DNA of 63,524 bases, the filler included, from Diploschistes diacapsis (Eukaryota), in the NCBI GenBank assembly GCA_023645945.1. It is 23 parts of 23 records of this genome, joined end to end, with 100 filler letters (N's around TTAATTAATTAA, not from the genome) between each part and the next. Parts side by side here need not be neighbours in the genome. Positions count along the whole stretch, not along the records: positions 19,063 to 38,023 come from JALAIB010000389.1; 22 more parts are not named here. One strand, written 5' to 3'. The position numbers and the translations under genes were made by a program. Shown piece by piece: positions 23,816-35,981 of the stretch. Under the pieces are notes generated by a model. The model did not search any database and had not been told where the DNA came from. It saw nothing but the letters and a program-made list of their open reading frames with translations. Each line of letters starts with the position of its first letter. The stretch's first letter is position 1.

Positions 23816-26386
23816 TCAGTAATTGCACCGTGCCCGTTCGTAGTATGCCAACTCATCTTCGATCGAATCGATAGCCTTATTCAAGTCCCCATTTGCAGCC
23901 GCGGCATGCACCGAAAGCATGCCACGTCCATCCATATCGCCATAACCCAGATTGATCAGAGCTTCGACGCAGTGCGAGATCCCCCATCTCGAGAACTCGG
24001 GATCCGGTTCCGGTTCGCGGGGGTGGGCTAGCTGTTCAATGCCCTCATAGGGGTCGACGCCGCCCGGATGCTCGGAAAAGGCTTGCTCTGTCAATGGGTT
24101 TTCGTCAGCTTCATTGTCGGGGCCGATGCTCCGCATGTTTTCTTGAGATCTGGAGATACTCAATGCCGTGAACTCCTCGAGAGTCTCGCGTTCTCTTTCC
24201 TCGAGAATCATACGTCGTATTGCCTCGTTCCCTCTTGCAAAGTCGTATAGCTCTTGGGATTCGGATGAAGGGGTGGTAACGAATTCAGAAGGCGTGTCAC
24301 AGAGAGGTTTCACGAATTTCAGAAGGCGTTGTAAGGCTTCAACTTTGCCGATGAAATGAGCAAAAATGTCAGAATTTGGCCTATCGTCCATCGTTTCGAC
24401 AATCTCAGACAGTTTATCAATGCTTGCGTGAAGCATAGCTTTCATCCAAAGATGAGTTTCAGTTGCATTTGCATCATACGGTCGTGAGGTTCTGTTTTGG
24501 GAAAGTTCGGGACAAGCGCTTGGTAGAGTTGGAAAAGGGTACTCTGATCCATTTTCCTTGCTTTTCCCGGGCGAGCCATCTGTGAGTGGTGATGTCGGTG
24601 AAGTCCCTCTAAGAGTACGCTCCGGGTAAAGCTCGCATAGGGTTTCAAACAAACCGCCACTTGTTGCCTGCGGTAACTGAAGCGTTCTTTTGTTCACCCC
24701 CTCGCGATGCACAAGCTCCGACAAAGCACTAGGGCGTTTCTCACCAAATGAAGTCGCAAGAGAAAGACTGGGCTTGAGGTGGCGTTTCTTCTCGCTCAAT
24801 AGCGATTGTGAGATCGAAGAATCAGAGGATCCAGCTTGTGGTGTAGCTGAAAATGCTTGCAGCCTGTGATTTCCATCCATGCGATTTGGAACACATGGCA
24901 TTTCTTTGGGTGGACTTCCCACTTTCTTGGAGAAATCTCCGCATTCTTCGTGAACCCTTTCACCGCTATTCTTGGCCGTGTGTCCCCCGGGAAGGTCATC
25001 ATCGACAGGACTCACTGGAGGGGTTTCCCCGACCTTTCCAAATTTCTGGATACCTACTAGGATGTCGCTCACTCGCCTTGTAGGGAATGAGATACCCTTG
25101 GCGTGCAGGTCTTGCTCAATACAGGCGGATGCTTCTTCCGTTGAGGCGACGAGTGTGGTCAAATCGAGCAGCACGTTCTGCCTTGCCACTGTGTGCACCT
25201 GCAAATGGCCGAATGGACTAGATCAAAGCTCAGCGCCCGATCCAAAGAAATCAGCATTACAGAACAATTGACCTACTCTCTGTTTAATAGCCAATGAGCG
25301 TGGTTGCCGGGAACATCTATGCGAAACTGGCGCAGATCAAGTTCCTCTCTGATATGGCCGGTGAGGAGAGATTCTAGTTCCTGGTAACGGGCATCTACCG
25401 CAATGCATTTGACTTTCATAGATCTGATACTATCGTCGAGGGTTTTGATAGCATGCTTCATCTGAGCAATTGCACTGGAGTATTGTGAGACCCTGCAGCG
25501 GGTTGGGTGATGTTGCTAACTTACGTGACAGAAGGTTGCTGCTTGACAAGTCGCGTATTGCAAGGATCCACCATACTCACAAGACCAAAGCCATCAACGA
25601 AGATCTTTGTCGGCAACTCGGCGCCGTGGTATGTTCCAGTACCTGAGTGCCGAAGAGACTCTGGCACTCTTCCTGCCCTGTTTCCGAGCTGCTGCAGATA
25701 GTGCACGATGCTCAGTGTACCAGTCATCAAATGGTCATCGCAGCTTTTGATGAGGGCGAGGCTCATCTCGTCAAGAGTGATGAGACCTTCATTACTGAGT
25801 CTAGAAGAGACAGCCTCAAACTGGTCATGGGTCTCGGCTTGGATGCGGGACCATATATTGCGTGCTATGTTTGAGTTCTGGACTTGGAAGGTGTGCATGC
25901 GTGAATAATCCCCAATTATGGGAGGCAGCTGGAGGTCATCACAATTGATGTCGAATGAGAAACCGGGGGTTTTGCCCCCGTTTCCGCTTTCGCTCAGCCT
26001 ATGAGCCAACTCGGTAGAAGTCCCAACCTGAAATGCATTGTCAGTCCCGGGGTGTCCAACAAAACAAAGATGAGAGCTGCATGAACGAGAATGGGAAATG
26101 TCGCAGCAGCGGTATCAAGGCAGGAACAGCAACTCACCATGACATCTTCGCCATCATCGTCAATGTACTTCAGCTTTGCCACTGGGAAGCTCGAGATGAG
26201 AATGTCATACGCTCTATCAGAGATTTGAACGATTGCGGCTCCCCTAGCGAATGCCGCGCTCCCGATCTGAGTTCCGGTCACAGGATGCTTGTATGGTATG
26301 AAATCAATTTCTGAGCTCGATGGATTGCACAAGCCCTGGAGCATAAAGCCTTTGAGCATCTTGTGCTTTACCGGCAGAGCTTCCAT
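23816..26386 (-). CDS. PB1-domain protein with C-terminal UBA-like domain
   Basis: Acidic OPCA-like motif LKYIDDDGEDVM followed after an intron by GTSTELAHRL; several introns; C-terminal CVEALINLGYG...AAAANGDLNKAIDSIEDE is UBA-like. Confidence 0.65.
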
Positions 26387-27212
26387 TTTGACGATTCGGA
26401 TGGTATGGATGGTAACAACTTTGAAGATGAAGAAGATGCAGGTTCGATTATTTTACTTTGGAGAAGTATGTTTTTGCCTCTGAGGCGTAAGGCACGCTTC
26501 ACGGTCCGGCCCCCATTGGCGGTGCAGTAAAGAGGATCAAAATTTAGATGGGGACGGAGACCCACTGGGATGGTCCGAGCGAGGTCGAGTAACTCATCAA
26601 CAACCTTTTTGATCGAAAGTAACCATAGATTTGTGACTTTCAGAAAGCCGTTTCAGTATTGGGGGAGTGCTAGATAATCCCTAGGTATTCTATGTGCGAC
26701 ACGGAAGCTCGCCACGATGCCGTGGTGACCAACAAGGCTGAGCTAGGTTTGGGGTCGAAGTTGACTAGGGTGGTTTTGGAGCCCATGTACCTTACGACTC
26801 ACGTCATCGTAGCGAAACCGTATCGCCGTTCCACCAGATTTTGACGGTACCTCTGCGTGTCCGTCGAGTTGTCCGCTTCAGGACTTAAAGCGAGTCCAAG
26901 ATCTCGAGCGGACAACTCATCGGACACGCAGAGGTACTTGGTAGTATCTCCCTGCGACTACTCACCCGAACACAGAGACCCAATATCAGTTACGGGGCAC
27001 GTTGGTCACAACATCGTAGATTGCAAAGACCAGGCAATCAGGTACTTTCATTAGGAACGCCTCATGAGACAAAAGGAACTCTAGACTGGGGTATCTACCA
27101 AATGCTCTATACTTGACCACGTTGCGAAAAAACCACCTCTGCTAGAGAACAGAGGACAAAATGAAACGCCACACCAGCCACATAGTACTTCCGCTCGCAA
27201 AACAAAACCACT

Positions 27213-28757
27213 CTAGAACTTCTTCAGAAACTGGCCCGGAATCAGCGCCTTACTGACGACGAACATCCCCGTGCCGACCGCGACGGTCACCCCCGCAAAG
27301 ACCTGCAGCCCCCAATAGCTGCCGTCATCCTCGCTCAGCAACGCCCCGCCAATCGGGTTCCCCACCAGCGCCGCAAACGAAATCACGGCGAACAGCGTCC
27401 CCGATCTCGTTCCGATCTGCCTGATATCGCTAATCTGCGCGATGATAGCCGGCATCACGCTGACGAAGGCCCCTGAAGCGAAGCCGTACAGGATGGCGAA
27501 GATGATGATGGGCGCATCGCCCCGCGAGGGGAGCCAGAGCGCCAGGTCAACAACGAAGCAGGCGGCGCACATGATGATCTGCACGTTGAACCGGCCCAGC
27601 TTGTCCGCGGCCCAGCCGGGGAGGATACGGCCGAAGATGGAGGCCGCGTTGAGGATGGAGAGAAGGTAGTTGCTCAGGTTAACGGACATGCCGAGGCTCA
27701 TGGCGCTCAGCGTGATGAAGTTGAAGGGGATAAACAGTCCCAGAAAAACAAAGAAGGCTGCCAAGGACAACGCAACAAAGGCAGGTTCGCGTAAAGGCTT
27801 GACGAAGTCCGTTATGGAGAAAGGTCGTGGGGAGGGGGGCAGGCGGGAGCGCACGGTCAGGTTGGAGATTGTGAGGAGGCCAAGGATGATGAAGCCGCAG
27901 ACGCGCATGGTCCACGGAAAGCCGATCTTCGGGATTAGGTTCTGGACCAAGATGGGAAATATGACGCCGCCGAGAGAGGAGCCCGAGGCCATAATCCCGA
28001 GGGCAAGGGCCCGACGTTTGTGGAACCAGGTTACAACGGTAGACATGGCGGGGTAGAAGACGGCGGAAGCGCCGATCGGGGAGCAGATACCTTGGGCGAG
28101 GAGGACCTGGTAGTATTCGGTGGAGACCGATGTCATCTAGGCAACTTTAGTAGGGGGGAAGTGGCAAGCAACGGAGGTCTGCAGCAAAGGCGTACCATTA
28201 GGCCGAAGATGTGCAGGAGACTCCCGCCAAGGAGAATCCAGCGTGGGCCAAAATTGTCGTATAGCTTGCCGAAGATGGGCCCCCCAAAGAACATGAAGAA
28301 GGTTTCAAGAGAGACAATCCACGAGATTGTGGAGGCGCTGTAGTTGGAGAGCAGGTCCGTTTGGTAGTATTCCTGGAATACACCGATTGCTGCCAACCCG
28401 TCAGTCTACACGAGTTTCTAGGGTTTTGAAGAAAGTCCTACCGTTGATCCATCCGAAGGAACAGAATAGACACAAAAAGCCTCCCACCACACACAGCCAC
28501 GCCTTAAAGCCGCCATCAGGGAACGAGCTTGGGTCGTGCATTCCCCCAGGTGGAGGGCCGCCACCGCCAGGTTTCTGTGACGGCAGCCTCTCGACATCTC
28601 TGCCTTGCGGCTCGTCCGCGACGTCCGGGAGGGCATTCGCCTCGGTGGGGCTCTTTAGCGGCGTGGGATAGCCGTATTGCTCCTTCCCAGGAAAGGATTC
28701 TTTCTCATCGTCCCGTGAGGAGGATAGAGAACCGCTTGTGTCGTAGCCTTGGGTCAT
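27213..28757 (-). CDS. MFS monocarboxylate-porter family transporter (Mch5-like)
   Basis: FPDGGFKAWLCVVGGFLCLFCSFGWIN, IGVFQEYYQ, GKLYDNFGPR, WFHKRRALALGIMASGSSLGG, GRILPGWAADKLGRFN; two GT-AG introns (about 28393-28440 and 28137-28194). Confidence 0.92.
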
Positions 28758-30966
28758 TTTTGGAAAGAAGGATGAAGAGGCCCCGAGACAAATCAATGAT
28801 AGAATGCTTTAGTTGGGATAGATATTAAGCAGTCGTATATATATCTATGGACAGATGACTGATACGCATACCAGCTCGGCGATTTTCGGCACGGCGATAC
28901 CGGCTCGGCGATGGCGGCTTAGGTAAAATGCTAGGTCCGAGGGCTCGGGTATAGATAGATGAGGCAGAGCAACAAAGATCAGACACAAAGCTGTAGCCCT
29001 AAGGAACGAAGGGCGATAACTTCTGGTAAGAGAGAGGGGCTGAAGAACGAACATTATGATTATAAGATGGGATTGAGTCAGAAATATCGGGTAATGTGAT
29101 GGCGCGACTTAATCCAGTTTGTCTCAGGAACACTTGGCTGGGCCGCTCCTTCACATATAGTGTGTATCTACCAAGCCGTTTAGCTCACATCTAGTTCCCA
29201 TAATATATATAGCGGCGAGGAACGGTGAGTCGCAGAAAAATCTATTTGTAATATTATCAGGTGATATAAGCGTGTGTGCGCTATTAAAACGACTTGAGAA
29301 AAGCTTAAAAAATTGATGGGGAGCCTAACTTAACGTGTACGCAAAACAATCGTAAGCCCTGCGTAGATGATGCTCCTGAGACAAAGCCGAGAAAGGGCGG
29401 CCTCGAAGACGGTTGGTAAAGGCAAAGGTAAAGACCCGGCTACCCGGGCACTGGCCACTTGCAGCAAGCCCTGGATGCAAAGGCAGATAGGGCTGGCTAC
29501 CCCATTCACCTTATTGAAGATTCTCGGGGAGTCGGGGGTGACATGCACCGAACACACACCGAAGAGAAGTTCGGCAGAGGCTGGAAGAGGCTGGAAATGG
29601 CGTAAAAATAAAATAGCGTGATCTCACGTGCCCACAGTTAAACGCTGCTTACCCAATCACAATACCACAGCTCATAAGTTGTAGCTGAGCTACCAAAGGA
29701 TGAACCATATTAATTGAATACTAATCGATGAATAGGTGAATTTAGAGACCGAGGCTGGAGACACTTACAGAGAAAGAGCTTCATAATGCTGATATATCCA
29801 GATCGGAAGCGTCGCATTTACGGCGATATTGATATCGGATGCATATTACATCATATTGAAAAAGGTATAAAGTTTGATTCCTACGGTTATCCTATCCACA
29901 ATGGAATTAAGCCGATGCTGTCCCCTGTCACGCAAGCTCAACGATGCATAGATATTGCATAAATCCTATAATAACGATTCATCATCCATTATATTACACG
30001 TCACGTTCATATGGGCCGCGTGAATTTCTTGCCCCGACTCGCCGAGAATGTTTGCAATAATAATACCGATCCCGCTCTGGAAGGTATATAGAGGGTGCAA
30101 TCTTCATCAATCTTTCAAGAGTTTCTTTTTTTTTTTTTTAGCCTTTTCTTTTACTTGCTTTTTTCAACTTCACAAATGATTAGCAAGTAGCAAAAAGAGA
30201 TTGAAAATAAACACAAGGAACTTGTTCAAATAGACATGCGAAGCTAGGGCGAGGGTGCTTGGCTGGGGATGGCAATCTGATCAAGTATCGTGAGCTGAGC
30301 GGCTTCACGGTATCCTCGCGAAAAGGAGCAAAAGCTGAAATATGGAAGATGGAGGCACGGTTAGTCAGAAGCAGAGTGCACTATACAGACTCACCACCGA
30401 CGACAATGCCCTACGAAAAGGGTGGTATATGCCGCCGAAAGTGGCGGCAGAATGTATATAGGTTTTCAATACAAAAGTAGTAGTATTTCCTTTTACTCAG
30501 TAACCTTTTTATCTGAGAATCCTTGTTCCATACTCTAATTCCAGAACCCGCTCTAAGCTCATTGACGCCTAAGGGTCTGGTTTCTGGGACCCCTTGCCCT
30601 TGCAAAGCGCAGCAGGGAGTGTGGCCTAAGCGCTAGTGATTTTTCATCCTCTCGCATATGCTCCCTTTACGAACTCCCACGGGCCAGGAAAACCGCAATT
30701 TAACGCGAAAGATGTGTGATGTCAACCGGGTTGATTTTATGGGGTTGTATGGCTCATATAATAGGGGTATTACTAAAAAAAATAGAGCTCAAAAATAGGT
30801 AAATCCCCTCTACCTAGTAAAAAGGTATGCGCGGAGACGCTAGGCGTTGGTTGGTCGATAAGCGAGCCCGAGCAGAGGCCGGGCGCTGATACCGACGCAC
30901 TCGTTAAATCCTGGAAGATAATTTAGTGTGATATATAATCTTCAAAATACTGAATAACACAAAATG

Positions 30967-31097
30967 GGACCTATGGCGCAATGGTAGCGCGTAAGTAATT
31001 GTTTATGTACTGTAATTTCAAATTCTAACGTTAGCCCAGGTCTGATTCCAGGCTTTGAGTTTCCAGAAGGTCACCCGTTCGAATCGGGTTAGGTTCA
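30967..31097 (+). tRNA. tRNA-Trp(CCA) with two introns: 49-nt spliceosomal-type intron (30991-31039) and 10-nt canonical 37/38 intron (31052-31061)
   Basis: Acceptor GGACCTA/TAGGTTC+A; D arm GCGC-AATGGTA-GCGC; anticodon arm TCTGA-TT-CCA-G...T-CCAGA; variable loop AGGTC; T arm ACCCG-TTCGAAT-CGGGT. A box 30974-30984, B box 31077-31085. Spliced length 72 nt. Confidence 0.9.
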
Positions 31098-31098
31098 C

Positions 31099-31105
31099 TT
31101 TTTTT
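31099..31105 (+). terminator. RNA polymerase III terminator (T7) of the tRNA-Trp gene
   Basis: TTTTTTT begins 2 nt after the discriminator base; a T6 run follows. Confidence 0.8.
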
Positions 31106-31508
31106 GGGTTTTTTGGGGGGTTGCACTATCTTCTTATTCTATATTGTGAATGACCTCCGTGCCTCCGTACTTTGTTTTTTGTGTCAAATTTGCCAGTTTC
31201 AAGATACCTGTTTGGATCTACACGAACGCTTTTGCAGGCCTTATTCATTCAAATATATCTCCCAATTCGAAAGGCAAGTAGTTGGTTCCGCGCGGTGGTG
31301 TTGCCCAAGGCTTATACCATCGTGCAACTTTGTTTGGGAAGCTGAGAACAACCATACTTGAGTAAAGAGCCCTTTTGGCAACCATTCTCGCCAACCTATG
31401 GTATGGAGTGTTGATATACAATCTTGTTGCTTCTGGGCTAAAATGGAAGCAGGCTTTATCGCCTTTTTGGTCAACTATTCCTCGAACACGCCATTCAGTA
31501 TATCGAAG

Positions 31509-33550
31509 ATGAGCGCATTCGACGGTTGATATGCTTGGAGTCTTTATGGCGGCTTCAAACGGGCTGTCAACTTCTTCGTTGCCCCAAGCGGTCAACTCAA
31601 AGCTACGCTCGCGATGCACTTGCACTGCCCCTCTTTCCACATTGCTGATCCGAGAAGCGAAGAATGTTTTGATGAATCATCTCCTTCAATTAAACAGCTT
31701 CAGTTGATAGGCTTCAGTTCGGAAAACGCTCTGTTTTTTGACCATCCATGTCGGAGGGAAGTCCATCGCCGAGGCGCAATAGGTGGGATTCGGGAGTACC
31801 TAAAGGAGGTTCTTGATGTACATGAAGCATTCATGCTTAATGTCCGGGACGAAATGGTTGCTGCGGTGGAGATTTGTTTCGGAAAGCACGTACAGGATCG
31901 GATGAAGTCTCTGTTCCAGCTAGAGCCTTTCCCGCTCTGGGGTCGATATCAGGGCGTTACCTTGTGGCTTGAGTGGATTTCTACAAGTGAGAACCGCCGT
32001 TTGGAGCGGATTCTTCTGTTCGTGATGCATCCAAACGCAATGCTATATATCGACCGTAACGGACCGCAGTGGAGGACATACGAGCTCAGTCTACGTGCTG
32101 CAGCGCAGATGGCAGGCATCACGATCGTAGAGGACATATGTGCAAAGAAACTCTGTCGCCCAGAGAACAGTAGGCTGAACCAAGTTCAGAAATGGGCAAA
32201 GAATGAGTTGAACGAATTAGCGGAACAGGAGCTCAGAGCTCAAGGGGTTCTTAAAGACAAGAAGCCACCTCTTCAACTTGCCGGCAAAACTTCTGTTAAA
32301 ATAGCTCGCGGACTGGCAATATCTCCTGAATTGCCTTTTCATGCCCAAAATCTCATCTCCGAAACCCACAAAGACGTCCGCAGTACAAAACGCAAGTTTT
32401 CAGACATTTCTGATGCGTATGGTACTCAGGTCATTCGAGAGCTAAACCCCCATCATAGAGATTCTCCCATGGGGAGGTCAGTAGAGGGGGATGATATTGT
32501 AGTGGATTCCGAAGTAGAGCTGGGGTAAGTGATGTGCAAATATCCCATTCCTTCCGTTATGCTAAGCAAAACAGATGGATATGGAATTCCAGAACGCACT
32601 GTCTGAGCTCTGCGCAGCAGATGAGCATTATTCGACAGAATTGAGTGCTCTCATTCACGAGGGTGAATTCAAAGTCTTCAGTGAGAACACGCTAGATTCG
32701 GTACCCTATATTCTCCAAAAGTGTATCAAGGATCAACCAAGTCTGAGGATCGATCGGGGACCAATTTCATCGTTTCAAAATTTGGTTCACGTCTACACGC
32801 TATTGAATCGCAAGCAGGATCAGTCTGAAATATCGAGCCTTGACGCATCAGACCTAGCCGCCAAGGTAGTTTCTCGCTTTTATACTCAAATATGGAAGTA
32901 TCGAGATGGGATTAAGGAGGAGTTTCGAGCCTTGACGATAGCAGGTCGAGAGAGTCTCCGAATTGTCTCTCGGAAATGTAGCAAATGTGGTGCAAGGCTA
33001 CTAGATGATGCATTCGCCAGATACAAGAAGCTTGATCAGACTAAGTACGTCGTGAGACAGCTCAAAATGGGATGCGGTTCTCCCGGATGCAACCAAAAGA
33101 GGATCCTAGCAATCCCGTTCGACGAATCGCTGAAATACTGTGTTCCAGATATCAATCAGCTTAACCGCAAACCAAAGGAAACACCAGGATGGGAGAAGCA
33201 TTTCGTGAGAACAAGGGAGGACTGCTTGGAAAATGAAATCCCGTCGACTATCGAAACGACATGCTCAAAATGTCACAAAGAGGGGGAAAAGAACGGCCCA
33301 AGGATCACGGATGAAAATGCTCGTTGGACGATCGATAAGTCACCGGCCTACTTACTGCGAAAACCAAAGGGATGCGGAAAACATAAGACAGCGGTATTTT
33401 TTCCAATTGATCTCTCTCTATTCCGAACATGCACACCGCAAGTCTAACTAAATTGTGGAAGAAGGTAGAGAAGGGAATACTTCAACTAGAAGAAGTGAAA
33501 TTCAATTTTGATCACTTCTTTGGTGTTACGCATCGCAATTCTTCTGCGTA
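31509..33550 (+). pseudogene. Probably disrupted gene: UDG-superfamily-like domain plus Cys-rich zinc-ribbon-like region
   Basis: ORFs 31614-32528 and 32575-33447 are separated by an intron-like 32525-32574 (GTAAGT...CAG) that is 1 nt out of phase. In-frame TGA at 31527; the C-terminus continues in another frame after about 33441 (SLTKLWKKVEKG...). Motifs AVEICFGKHV, LFVMHPNAML, CSKC x2, CGSPGC. Confidence 0.5.
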
Positions 33551-34108
33551 AGACAACGAAGGCTTTTTTATCTTAATCGTAGTAAATATGTCAATGAGGT
33601 AAAATGAGGTGGGACATACATAAATGCAGAGCTATTAAGCAGTCCCTGCCGTATCAAAAGGGGACGGTAGAGTTTTTGTTGCAATCTACTTTGTATACTT
33701 GTTATTGCTCCTTGTTCGTCTGCCCTGACTCATTTTTATTTTCCCCCCCTTCCGTCTCTGGGGTCTATTTTCAGGACCCTTCACCGTTGATGGTCGAGCT
33801 TGCTTGCAGGCTTGATAATGGTTGGTGTGAACATGAAAATTACAGGTCCCGTGAAGGTTTGCCAAAACCTCTATACTATTCCCAAGGAGCGACAGATTTT
33901 GATACCAACGAAATATAACATTTCAGCGTCGTTAACCCATTGTGAACAGAGTCGATGTTGTCGCAAGTATAGGTTGAGTTTGTAAGGAGAAGTGACTGCA
34001 GAGGACTTTTTGAATCATATGCCTTCAGCCTTATGAAACATTAGCATACGCAACTGCTGTATAGCCATGCTCGCCTCCAGCGAATCATCCAACCCCTCGG
34101 TCGTTCAA

Positions 34109-35439
34109 TCATTCAGCATAAGCCCTGTACACCTGCAAGCCTCCGTGCTCTGCCACATACTCCGTCTCAACGCCCTGTCCAACGAAGAAGATCCACCCCT
34201 CCTTCAACTCGACGTCCTTCCCCTCCGCCCTCATCTTGCCCTGCCCCTCCGTGACAATCATCACGCTCGGCCCCGCAATCCTCGGCACTTCCTCCTTCTC
34301 CCCATTCCCAAGTTTCGTAACCAGCATATTGAACTCGCTCAGCTCCGGCCTATACTCAACCGTCTTTCCATCTCTACCCTTTGCACTCTTTACCGGCTTG
34401 AGCAACATCTCCTCCTTACGGTGCGCATGGAATGTCAACGTGTCGGTAAAGAGTTCAATGTTGTCTCTGTCTGCAGCCGGGCAGAAGCCCACGTTTAACA
34501 CGTTGTCCGAGCGCGCCATGCACTCGACAATGTCTCCCGCGAACCAGGCGTGGATGCCGTCGGCCGGGACGTAGACGGCCTCGCCGGGCTGGAGGACGAG
34601 GAAGTTCATGCACAGCAGCGCGACCAAGGTTCCGTTATCTGCGGGGCCGTACTGGTCTTGGATGCGCGGGAGGAGATCGAGGATGAAGGCCTGGTCGCCG
34701 AACTCCTCTCGAGATACCTTGGCAAGGCTGTCCTGGACGGAGCGGACGATGTTTTCGGGGAGCTGAAGTAGCTTGGTGCACAGTTCCTTCATGCTCGACT
34801 CTGTGAGGGGGTGGGAGGGGGCATACTCGCGCAGTGGAGGGAGGGAGAAGAGGGAGGAGATGGTTTTGAAGTCCTTGAAGCCGGCGAAGGCCTCGAAGGT
34901 CGAGAGGGCAACGGCGATCTCGGGCTTGTGGTTGGGGTCCGAAAACTTGGATGGATCCTTCTTGTGGAGCTCAGTAGCGAGGTCCTTGTTCGGATGGAGT
35001 TGCAAGGGGAGAGCCTTGGCCATGGAGAGGATCTTGGGGAGGAAGGGGAGGTTGGTGCCGAACTTGTTTAAGACGGTCGGACCTAGGAGGGCTTCGCCGT
35101 TGGCTTTGAGAATCTCCTCGAGGGGCTTGCCTGTAGACAATGCGTAGGATGGGGTTGAGGGATGGTCGCCCATCCACATCTAGCCATCGCGTTAGAGACT
35201 GACACGGCAATGGGTGCATGGCTGTGGAAACGCTCTCACCTCGGCATATTCGGTATCATTGTCGATCTTGAAGTCTGTACCGGGTGTCCGGGCACAATAC
35301 CGCGCTGCTGCGGACTTGTCGCCTTTTTTGCCCCATGGATAATTCTATATGAGGTTACTGGCGCTTGCTTCAGATCGAGGCTAATCAAGTAGAGACTCAC
35401 GTTGCAGTTGCATTTCAGCTGGATGACTGAATCAACCAT
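34109..35439 (-). CDS. Mannose-6-phosphate isomerase, type I
   Basis: Exons MVDSVIQLKCNCN / NYPWGK...EYAE / MWMGDHPS; LPFLPKILSMAKALPLQLHPNK, DPNHKPEIAVAL, GDIVECMARSDNVLNVG. Confidence 0.93.
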
Positions 35440-35981
35440 GTTCATGTAAGATTCGCGTTTCGAGTAAGCTGCAGATAGTATTGAAGTCCCAGAGTAAAGA
35501 CGACATTGTTGACATTTTGGCAACCCTTTTAACCATGTTGGTTACATGAGCAACGTTGAAGTCATCGGCATATTCACCATGACGTAGGGCCCTCGTCGAG
35601 CAATCCGCAGCGAAGTTGTTGCGTCTATATATATGTTTCCTACTATATTGATAAATATCTGCAACCTCAGGTATGATGTGATGCCAGCGCACTGATTTTA
35701 GATCCTTCATTTCATACCCTATAAGGATGAGCGTCATCTTCGCCGTTGCTGACACACATCATTTCCAGTATACGATCACACTACTCTTTACAACTAGTCT
35801 CAATGCCTGGATGCCTGATCAAGCCTTTTGCCAGAGCGTTTCTCATGTATCCGGTAGTTGCTCTAACCCAACTTGACTATATGGCCGATGTTTCAACTAG
35901 ATATGGCATTCCAAAATTGTCCGTTACGGCATACGCTTGACCAGAATCATAGCCCCCTTTGTTCAGGCTTCGGGCGCCGCT

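Noticed and set aside
30430..30449. TGCCGCC-GAAAGT-GGCGGCA hairpin as a Helitron 3' end
   Set aside because: No correctly spaced CTRR terminus and no second copy in the window.
31527..31529. UGA read-through of the neighbouring gene by the adjacent tRNA-Trp
   Set aside because: The anticodon is CCA. The stem mismatch is at 31-39, not the 27-43 pair linked to UGA read-through in protists. The gene has other lesions, and proximity is irrelevant to decoding.
29330..33600. Starship or other large mobile element
   Set aside because: No captain tyrosine recombinase or terminal direct repeats visible.
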